Shown here: one piece after another, positions 57,022 to 64,000 of the stretch
How the letters are laid out: every line of letters begins with the position of its first letter
Position numbering within the stretch: position 1 is the stretch's first letter
Source of the DNA: Nitrososphaerales archaeon
Lineage (GTDB): Archaea > Thermoproteota > Nitrososphaeria > Nitrososphaerales > CADDZS01
Direction of reading: 5' to 3'
Assembly: GCA_030038075.1 (NCBI GenBank)
Contig: JASHPO010000091.1
Location: 571 to 64,570, forward strand
DNA length: 64,000 nucleotides
The notes under the pieces: generated by a model
Databases searched by the model: none
The model's input: only the letters and a program-made list of their open reading frames with translations
What the model was told of the DNA's origin: nothing
Made by a program: the position numbers and the translations under genes

Positions 57022-57803
57022 ATCGACATTAAAAATTCGTTCAGGTGCCGGTTAAAGTCCGCCGGCCTCTCGATCATAGGAAGGTGCGATGCGTCCCTGA
57101 TGACGACGAACTTTGCCTTTGGGATGTTTTCCTTGAGATACACCGACCACGGCACCGGCGACATCTTGTCCTCTTCGCCGGCGATTATCAATATGGGGAG
57201 ACTGATTGATCTTAGCTTCTGCCTTACGTCGAAGCTGTTGCAGGCGTCGAAATCCGCGGCCGCGACCATGCTGTCGCACTTTAGAATTTCGTTCGTGACA
57301 AAGCGAATCGTGTCGAGGTTTGTCTTTGAGGAAAACTGCCTCGGGCCTACAACGGTTTTTACGGTCTCCTCGAACCTTGCCCTAAGACCTTCCCTGATGG
57401 ACGGCAGTATGCCAAGCTTCGCGCCGGCGGAGACTATGACAGCTCCCTTCAGGTTGTCGCAGTGCTCTATCACGTTCATTAGAGCTATTGCTCCTCCCAA
57501 AGAGTGCCCGACTACGATCGCCTTTTCGGGGCAGGTCTTTTTGATAAACTCGGAGACGATTTCCGAATAGGATTTTACGAGTATCTCGCCTTCTATCGGC
57601 TCTGACTTGCCGTGGCCCGGGAGATCTACTGTTATGATTCTGTACCTGTCGGAGAGGGGCTTTTGCTGGTTCCAGAATGAAGAGTTCTCGCACGCGCCGT
57701 GGACGAAGACGACCGATTTCCCGCGGCCCCCTTCTTCATAAGCCACGGATTTTCCCCTGATTTTGATCGAGGGCACCATCGTCGTTTTTTCTTCTACCCT
57801 CAT
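57018..57803 (-). CDS. alpha/beta hydrolase
   Basis: 261 aa with VVFVHG, the GHSLGG nucleophile elbow and a C-terminal His region (DASHLP). Confidence 0.8.
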   Translation of the reverse strand: MRVEEKTTMVPSIKIRGKSVAYEEGGRGKSVVFVHGACENSSFWNQQKPLSDRYRIITVDLPGHGKSEPIEGEILVKSYSEIVSEFIKKTCPEKAIVVGHSLGGAIALMNVIEHCDNLKGAVIVSAGAKLGILPSIREGLRARFEETVKTVVGPRQFSSKTNLDTIRFVTNEILKCDSMVAAADFDACNSFDVRQKLRSISLPILIIAGEEDKMSPVPWSVYLKENIPKAKFVVIRDASHLPMIERPADFNRHLNEFLMSI

Positions 57804-58018
57804 GGCAGAAACATCCTTGACAAGTGGTAAAACGATTTCTTCGCGGCGCTTATCAATCTAGTGTTTCTGGCCTGCTTTGACTTTGAGAATAGACATCTCT
57901 ACACTGTATTTTTGTGAAAATGCGACAAAAGGGAAACGAGCTGCTTTGCAACCTCAAACATGATCATTTTTTCCTAGAAATTCTCAACGGCAAAAACATC
58001 CTCCAGATCAAAAACTCA

Positions 58019-58134
58019 ACGTTTGACGAGATGGGAGACCTGAACAAAAGACCTGTACCCGAGACCTGCCCTAACTAGAGAGACAATAGCTAGCTCCCCC
58101 CTCCCCCTAGGGGGTACCCCCTCATTTTCAATGA
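58019..58134 (-). repeat. inverted-repeat copy B (core 116 bp)
   Basis: Reverse complement of repeat A. It contains the overlapping palindromes GGGGGTACCCCCTAGGGGG and AGCTAGCT. Weaker similarity continues down to about 57945. Confidence 0.85.
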
Positions 58135-58402
58135 CATTTTGTAAGAAGACAATTCGGATGTTACAAATATTGCAGCTCGTGAAATTTTTCGAGGCGGGGG
58201 TGGTAAAGGTACGAAGGTACGGCGCGGCAGCTTGGGTCATTAGGGCATACGTAAGCGTCCGACCGGGGGTTATAAGTGCTATGTAAATTAATTAACTGTT
58301 TAACTGATTAACTGAACGACTTTGACAAAGGATATTAGTCTCAATGGCAACTACTGACTGGCTTTTTGAGCCAACTCCTTTCAATCAGATCTTGATTTGA
58401 AG

Positions 58403-59848
58403 ATGAAAGCTGTCGTTCTCGCCGCCGGTGAGGGTACGAGGCTGAGGCCCTTGACTTTTGACTACCCAAAGCCGATGATTCCTGTCGGACCTGTCCCCAC
58501 AATACAATACGTTATTTCACATATTTCCAGAGTGGGCATTGCGGATATAGTGATAATCGTCGGGTACAAGGGAAACCAGATCATGAGCTATTTGGGAGAT
58601 GGCGCAAAGTTCGGGCTTCGTATAACCTACGCGGTAAAGCCCGATAAATTTCTCTGCGGGACCGCCGGGAGCCTCAAGCTGATCGAGCACTTGCTGGACG
58701 ACACGTTTCTCGTAGCACAATCGGATACGTTGAGCGAGATTCCACTTGGAGAGGCAATCGCTTTCCATCAAAAGAGCCGTGCCTATGCTACAGTGGTACT
58801 AACCAGAGTTCAAGACCCCACCGGATTCGGAGTAGCAGTTCTCGACGGCAAAGGGGAGATTACGGAATTTCAGGAAAAACCAAAACCGGGGGCGGCGAAA
58901 AGTAACCTTGTGAGCACCGGTTTCTACGTGCTCGAGCCCGAGGCGCTTGATTACGTTGAAAGTGAGACTTTTGATTTCGCGGGAGACCTGTTTCCTCACC
59001 TTCTCAAGCTTCGCAAGAGGATTTCGGGCTTTGCTTCGGATGCTTTCTGGGTGGATATCGGGACTCTGGAAGGCTACCTTCGTGGAACAAAATGGGCGCT
59101 GGACGGGCTTGCGCGGGCTCCATTTGCCAATTTGAGGGCCATTGATACGTCGAATCAGATAATCCTGGCGGGGGACGCGCAGGTTCATCCTGGTGCTCAA
59201 TTGATTGGTCCGGCGCTGATAGAGGAAGGGGCAGTTATCGAGGAAGGTGCGAGGATCGGGCCGTATTCCGTGGTCAAGAAAAATGCCCAAGTCTCTGGAG
59301 GTACGATAATCGAAAGGAGCGTCGTACTTGAGAGGGCGAGGATTGGACGGGAGTGCAACGTCTTCGACAGTGCGATCGGGCAATCTGCGCTACTGTGGGA
59401 AAATGTCACCGCCAGAGGATCGATAGTGGGGCCGGGAAGCGTGATAGGGGATCGAGCTAACCTGCTGGAAGGCAGCAGGATCTGGCCGAACGTACATGTA
59501 GCAGTGGCTCAAACCGTGAGCGGAATAATCTTCGCGCCGCTCGAAGAATCTTTTCAATTTTACACGTCGCTCGGTCAGTACACGGGCATCACCGCATCTA
59601 CCGCGAGCGGCTTCATAGAAGCGCTCGAAAAAGCGCCAATCCAATCGATCGAGTTCCACGCGAAGAGGCGAGACTTCGAAAAATGGGTGAGGGGAGTACT
59701 CGAATCAAACGAACTGGCGGATGAAATCGAAGCTATTCGGAGAAAAGCCGTGATGGAGGAGGAGCTGCGAGCGGACCTCATAAGCGTGACCAAAAAATGG
59801 GCCGAGGAGGTCTCGACTCCGAGAATCGCAGTGACCCAAGCGAGCTAG
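58403..59848 (+). CDS. sugar-1-phosphate nucleotidylyltransferase with left-handed beta-helix and extra C-terminal domain
   Basis: ATG 58403 gives MKAVVLAAGEGTRLRPLT. Hexapeptide-like repeats lie in the middle. A C-terminal domain of about 100 aa has unknown function. Confidence 0.8.
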   Translation: MKAVVLAAGEGTRLRPLTFDYPKPMIPVGPVPTIQYVISHISRVGIADIVIIVGYKGNQIMSYLGDGAKFGLRITYAVKPDKFLCGTAGSLKLIEHLLDDTFLVAQSDTLSEIPLGEAIAFHQKSRAYATVVLTRVQDPTGFGVAVLDGKGEITEFQEKPKPGAAKSNLVSTGFYVLEPEALDYVESETFDFAGDLFPHLLKLRKRISGFASDAFWVDIGTLEGYLRGTKWALDGLARAPFANLRAIDTSNQIILAGDAQVHPGAQLIGPALIEEGAVIEEGARIGPYSVVKKNAQVSGGTIIERSVVLERARIGRECNVFDSAIGQSALLWENVTARGSIVGPGSVIGDRANLLEGSRIWPNVHVAVAQTVSGIIFAPLEESFQFYTSLGQYTGITASTASGFIEALEKAPIQSIEFHAKRRDFEKWVRGVLESNELADEIEAIRRKAVMEEELRADLISVTKKWAEEVSTPRIAVTQAS

Positions 59849-60011
59849 AAGAGGGCTATAATTGTGCGGTTGGAAAGACTGGCCTTCAGCGGAGCACAGT
59901 TCAAACTATTACACTAAAGGCGAGTTTTCTTGGCCGTGGGAATTCCCAAGTATCGCGAATCTTTCTTCTTATTTTGAAGAATCTATATATCGATAGATCT
60001 CTCCTTTGCTT

Positions 60012-60368
60012 ATGGGATTGACATACACCGACGTTATTGTCCAAGGAGAAGAAGGGCACCGTAAAACCTTCAATCTTCTGGTCGACACTGGCTCTGTCTT
60101 CACCTGGATCGACGGTGATGCACTGAGAAGCCTTGGAATAAAGCCCAAATCTCAAAAGAAATTCAGAACCATCGAAGGAAGGGAAATTTCAAGAACCGCG
60201 GGAGAGGCAGTGTTAGAGCTCAGCGGGGAGAGAGCGACATCAGTGGTAGTCTTTGCCGAGAAAGGAGATGCGTCTGTTCTCGGTGTAACATCACTGGAGG
60301 TTCTAGGATTCGAGGTCGATCCTTCGAGCAAGAGTCTTAAGAAAATCGAAGCCTTTGCTGCTTACTAG
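60012..60368 (+). CDS. retropepsin-like (clan AA) aspartic protease
   Basis: LLVDTGS active-site motif and small single-domain size. ATG 60012. Confidence 0.65.
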   Translation: MGLTYTDVIVQGEEGHRKTFNLLVDTGSVFTWIDGDALRSLGIKPKSQKKFRTIEGREISRTAGEAVLELSGERATSVVVFAEKGDASVLGVTSLEVLGFEVDPSSKSLKKIEAFAAY

Positions 60369-60496
60369 ACTCCCCACATATTCCACGGCAAATCCGGAAA
60401 GCTCGAAGGAAAAGTGATGCCCTGCCAAATCTTTCGAAGAGTCGTTTGGCGACGGAGGCGAGGCCGCGAGACGGGCGGCAATCGAGATATCGATCG

Positions 60497-60926
60497 ATGG
60501 AAGGAAAGAAGTTGACTCTGAGCGCAAGAAGCTATCTGTTTGATGCTGGTGCGCTCTTCCTGTATTAGTCTGGGGACGAGAGGGTCAGACTTTACTTTGA
60601 TCGAGTCCTTTCAAATCATGCAACTGGATTCGTCTCCGAGATCAACCTGGCCGAATTCTATTACAAGACTGTAGAAAAATTCGGGGCGCGCAAACCGCAG
60701 AACCCTGGTACATGCAGGTTTTTAGGCTATCCCGTCTTAATCCCGTTGCCCGGATGAAACAATTACAAGAAATGCTGCCATGTGGAAATCCAAGAGAATA
60801 GACATCTCATTTGCCGACTGCTACGCTTTGGTGACCCAGCAGGAAATGGCCCAAGTACTCGTCACAACAGATCCAGTTCCAGCTAAAATCAAAGGAATAA
60901 GAATTGTGCACATTGAGCTTGATTGA
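60497..60926 (+). pseudogene. decayed PIN-domain (VapC) gene
   Basis: MEGKKLTLSARSYLFDAGALFLY is followed by an in-frame TAG (60566-60568). It then reads SGDERVRLYFDRVLSNHATGFVSEINLAEFYYKTVEKFG. Two frame changes are needed to reach ..PDETITRNAAMWKSKRIDISFADCYALVTQQEMAQVLVTTD..*. Confidence 0.6.
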
Positions 60927-61125
60927 TGATCATGACATTTGCGTCTTTCGTTTCATTTGGGTGGATTAGAATGAAGGGCAATTATCCCCGAATGCAGAGT
61001 CAATATCATCCCTCCCTCAACTTGCCGCTGGATTATATTAGATTCTCCTAACTCGGAAAAAATGTAAAGACTCGGGGAATCCACCACAATCATTAGGCGA
61101 ATTCCTACGAGAATGAAGTCTCGTG

Positions 61126-62361
61126 CTATTTCATGCCTGTCTTGATCTGTACGACGAGAAGAACCATCGCCGCCGAGAATGCCATTGCGAAAGCGAAGCC
61201 ATATCCCACCAACTGACTTATGCTCAGCAGAGCACCCATAACAAGGTTAGATACGAACAAACCTAGGCCTCGGCCCGCGCCCAACCAACCCATGGCGCTA
61301 GACATCTCAGTGGATTTGACGACCGTTGAAGTGATAACCGGCTCGAATGTTTCAACAGAACCCGTGCCAAAACCCAAGCCAGCAGCAGCAAGGTAGTATG
61401 GAACAAGACCTACATTGAACTGATAGATGAACCCAATCGCCAGCGAGGAAAAAGCGGCAAGAAGATACCCGAGTCGCCAGAGTGTCCCAAGTGGTGTTCC
61501 TCCTCTCTTTGATCCAAGCACAAAGCCCGCTAGTCCTGAGAAAGCAAGGAAGATTCCAGCTTCTATTACTCCCAGTGCGAGACTATGCATAGATAGTGAA
61601 ACGGTTAGAACCACAAATCCTGGCGAATAGTACGCGAAACCGAACATCGTGGCAGTGAGAAGCACCGCACGATAGACGAATCTATTGTGTTTTGTCTTCA
61701 GTTCACTCTCTACTTCTTGTTTAAGATCATCTTTTACTGAAACCGAGGAGGCTGCCGCATTTTTATTTTCCGTCCATTCTGGAGGCGGAGTGTTTCTTGC
61801 CTGTGCCATAAGCAGGCAAATGCTAGACACAAGCAGGGGGAGAATGGTTACAAGGATTATCTGTCTAAGCATAAAGCCCAGAACAACAAGTATTACTGTA
61901 TAGACGGTCGCCAGCATGCCACCTCCGACGTCGAGAGCTTGAAGGAGACCGAAGATTTTTGATCTGTGTTCTGGTCTTGATAAATTCACTAACCAAGCTT
62001 GTCTTGGGGCAGTACGAAAGTATCTTGCGCCCAAGCCGCCTATGAATAAAAGCGCCATCAGAAATGGGCTGGGAGAGATAGCGGTCAATGACATGAGAGC
62101 TATCACTAGGTTTCCGATTATCGACACTCTTTTCTTGCTGAACTTGTCTCCAAGCTTTCCACCCACGACGGAAAGTAAAGATCCGCCTCCATAACCGACC
62201 GCAAGAATTATCCCGTAGATGTATATCGGTTCGTGCATCTCGATCACCAAGAGTAGTGGGAAGAGCGCGCTCACTGACTGCCAACCTAGATCTGCAAAGA
62301 ATGCCGAGAAGCAAAGCAGAAGAGAATCTCTATTGAGCCAAGCCGTCTGCTGAGAACTCAT
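61126..62361 (-). CDS. MFS transporter
   Basis: 411 aa with about 12 hydrophobic helices and a GGKLGDKFSKKR loop motif. Confidence 0.8.
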   Translation of the reverse strand: MSSQQTAWLNRDSLLLCFSAFFADLGWQSVSALFPLLLVIEMHEPIYIYGIILAVGYGGGSLLSVVGGKLGDKFSKKRVSIIGNLVIALMSLTAISPSPFLMALLFIGGLGARYFRTAPRQAWLVNLSRPEHRSKIFGLLQALDVGGGMLATVYTVILVVLGFMLRQIILVTILPLLVSSICLLMAQARNTPPPEWTENKNAAASSVSVKDDLKQEVESELKTKHNRFVYRAVLLTATMFGFAYYSPGFVVLTVSLSMHSLALGVIEAGIFLAFSGLAGFVLGSKRGGTPLGTLWRLGYLLAAFSSLAIGFIYQFNVGLVPYYLAAAGLGFGTGSVETFEPVITSTVVKSTEMSSAMGWLGAGRGLGLFVSNLVMGALLSISQLVGYGFAFAMAFSAAMVLLVVQIKTGMK

Positions 62362-62684
62362 CGTGGAAGCATCACTGTATCGTCAGCAACTTATTGCGTC
62401 TATTCAGTCCTACGGTTACTGCGTTTCCGCCTGAGACGAGTGTAACGAAGAACGGCAATATCGGGTCGCTATTTCGTGGCTTATGTCAAAGAATAGACTT
62501 GTGAAGCGAATCCCAACGACGTTTCTGCTCAAGAGGTAGTGAGGATTATTATTGCCTGGCACGAAATTGCCGCGTCTCGGGTCATATGGTTTTCCTTCTT
62601 TCCCGCATACATCAAAAAGGTTCACGTCTTTGAGCTTATGTAACCATTGTTACATTTATAACCCCTGACCGCTCACTTTAGACC

Positions 62685-63152
62685 ATGCCAAAAATAATGA
62701 AGAATGAACGATCTGCAGGTGTAATAGTATTCTCCAATGATCAAAGCGATCTTTCGTTTCTGCTGCTCAAACATAAGGATGGACACTGGGGGTTTCCCAA
62801 GGGTCATATGAATCCAGGGGAGGATGAGATCGATTGTGCAATTAGAGAGTTATCTGAAGAAACAGGCATCTCTAGAAAAGAGTTAGAGTTTGAGCCAGGT
62901 TTTCAGCGTATGGTCGATTACAGCTATAGGCGTAACAACGAAGATGTTCATGAGGACACAACTTACCTTCTCGGAGCTGTACCAAACCCTTCAAATATTA
63001 CGCTTTCCAATGAAGAGCACACCACCTTCGCGTGGGCGAATATTCAAGAAGGCCTTACTCTTCTACAGCACGAGAATCTTCGTTGGGTGTTAAAGTCAGC
63101 TGAGAAATTCCTCAAAGACGAACAGCCTAGGATCAAATCTTCAACTCATTAG
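62685..63152 (+). CDS. NUDIX hydrolase
   Basis: 155 aa with Nudix box GHMNPGEDEIDCAIRELSEETGI. Confidence 0.85.
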   Translation: MPKIMKNERSAGVIVFSNDQSDLSFLLLKHKDGHWGFPKGHMNPGEDEIDCAIRELSEETGISRKELEFEPGFQRMVDYSYRRNNEDVHEDTTYLLGAVPNPSNITLSNEEHTTFAWANIQEGLTLLQHENLRWVLKSAEKFLKDEQPRIKSSTH

Positions 63153-63327
63153 GTACATTCTTGGCCCATCAAGGAAACTCTTGAATTCTCAAGTCCAAGC
63201 TTTATACCGAACTTTTTGTGAACCTCCAAGCTATTTACTTTCAGTCGCTTTCTATGGTTGATAACGCCGAACTGAGCCCTACAAATCAGGTTTAAATGTA
63301 ACTATCGTTACATACTAGACGTGGAAA

Positions 63328-64000
63328 TTGAAAATTATTCAATCTGGGCCTTGGCTGGTCGTGCTGCTTATAGTCTTCACAGTCTTGGTCGTAAATTTAG
63401 CATTCAGTGTCAAAAGCTTCAATGCTAACCCAAAGACCGATACAATATCGGTTCAGAGTTCTGTAATCTCTTCGACGATTACTCAGCATTCACTAGGAGC
63501 TACAATAGTGGGAACAAATTCAGGATATCTGTTCTACTACTATCTTAGCGGCGGCGTTTTCCTTTTGGTTGCCTTGATTGTTTATTCTCGGCTTAGAGCA
63601 CTGAGGAGAAAAAAGCCCTTGCAATATTTCTATCAGTTCTCTTCCATTCCTGAAGGACCCTTGTCCACCTTGATAGCAATTGGACTAATCGTGCTCGCTT
63701 TCTTGGGACCAATAGGGGCGGTTTACTATCTGGGAAATTACGTAATGAGAAATAGTTACAGTGGAAGCCCCTTCAACATCGAACCATACATCGCAGTATT
63801 TGGATTTGTGGCAGTAAGTGCAGCTTCAGCATTTGGGCTCTTTCTTTTCTATAGATCTGGAAGAAAGAGCGTAGCTGTAGCGAACCAAGTTCTTGACGTT
63901 AAACGATCTCCGGAGAAAGTAAAGGAGTTCAAGGCTATTCTCGAAAATGTAGCGTATTCTTTGGATTATGGCCGTGATTATAGGTCTACCATAATTCAAA
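63328..64000 (+). CDS. membrane protein, partial (runs off window end)
   Basis: Hand-read frame opens after TAG 63316-63318. TTG 63328 gives LKIIQSGPWLVVLLIVFTVLVV... Further TM helices follow and there is no stop before 64000. It is absent from the track because it is truncated. Confidence 0.5.
   Translation, partial: MKIIQSGPWLVVLLIVFTVLVVNLAFSVKSFNANPKTDTISVQSSVISSTITQHSLGATIVGTNSGYLFYYYLSGGVFLLVALIVYSRLRALRRKKPLQYFYQFSSIPEGPLSTLIAIGLIVLAFLGPIGAVYYLGNYVMRNSYSGSPFNIEPYIAVFGFVAVSAASAFGLFLFYRSGRKSVAVANQVLDVKRSPEKVKEFKAILENVAYSLDYGRDYRSTIIQ

Noticed and set aside
49755-58120. KpnI (GGTACC), AvrII (CCTAGG) and NheI (GCTAGC) sites clustered in the repeats, which might suggest a cloning scar or polylinker.
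   Set aside because: The two copies differ by substitutions and indels (the KpnI site is absent from copy A) and are embedded in otherwise native sequence. The sites are by-products of G/C-rich palindromes.
58194-58280. A tRNA-like 5' end (GCGGGGGTGG...) in the spacer upstream of 58403.
   Set aside because: I found no matching acceptor 3' strand, no T-loop GTTC(G/A)A(A/T)TC and no plausible cloverleaf when folding by eye. tRNAscan-SE or Infernal would settle this.
5098-60568. Possibility that TAG is recoded (for example pyrrolysine or read-through), given the in-frame TAGs at 5098, 41056, 41164, 44910 and 60566.
   Set aside because: Of 32 plus-strand CDS stops I read directly, 17 are TAG, 8 TAA and 7 TGA, so TAG is the main genuine terminator here. 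No pyl genes or methylamine methyltransferases are present in the window. Nonsense decay is the simpler explanation.
1-64000. Search for CRISPR arrays, rRNA genes, transposases, integrases or prophage genes.
   Set aside because: I did not see regularly spaced direct repeats of 24-40 bp, rRNA-like conserved stretches, or DDE/tyrosine recombinase motifs in any listed ORF or hand-read frame.

Overview
The window looks like an archaeal chromosomal segment. Supporting signs are an AbrB-PhoU fusion, UPF0147, Lrp/AsnC, TatA, an AN1-zinc-finger rhomboid, many TTG/GTG starts, short or absent leaders and pilin-like N-terminal anchors. No rRNA, tRNA, CRISPR array, transposase or integrase was recognised. 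Bases 1-34300 and 49900-64000 hold ordinary housekeeping genes: methylcitrate/TCA enzymes (prpB-like, two citrate synthase homologs, prpD, aconitase), two threonine dehydratase paralogs, ilvD, acs, proC, a PII-Lrp-amt-glnK nitrogen cluster, ABC-2 exporters, glycosyltransferases and assorted hydrolases. Bases 34300-49700 form an accessory island that looks AT-richer by eye (not computed). It carries a paralogous family of N-terminally anchored, sequon-rich surface proteins. Each family member is preceded by the same 45-bp leader (GTTCT-N7-AGAAC ... TCAAATAA) and starts with TTG. The family genes are interleaved with four intact VapBC modules, one orphan leader and several genes broken by frameshifts or amber codons. 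Other points of interest are two paralogous divergent pairs (membrane-anchored wHTH regulator plus secreted protein), an inverted repeat of about 117 bp bracketing an 8-kb aconitase/ilvD/citrate-synthase block, and an ABC ATPase whose conserved N-terminus has no canonical start codon. All calls rest on reading the sequence and on motif recall; no database search was run.
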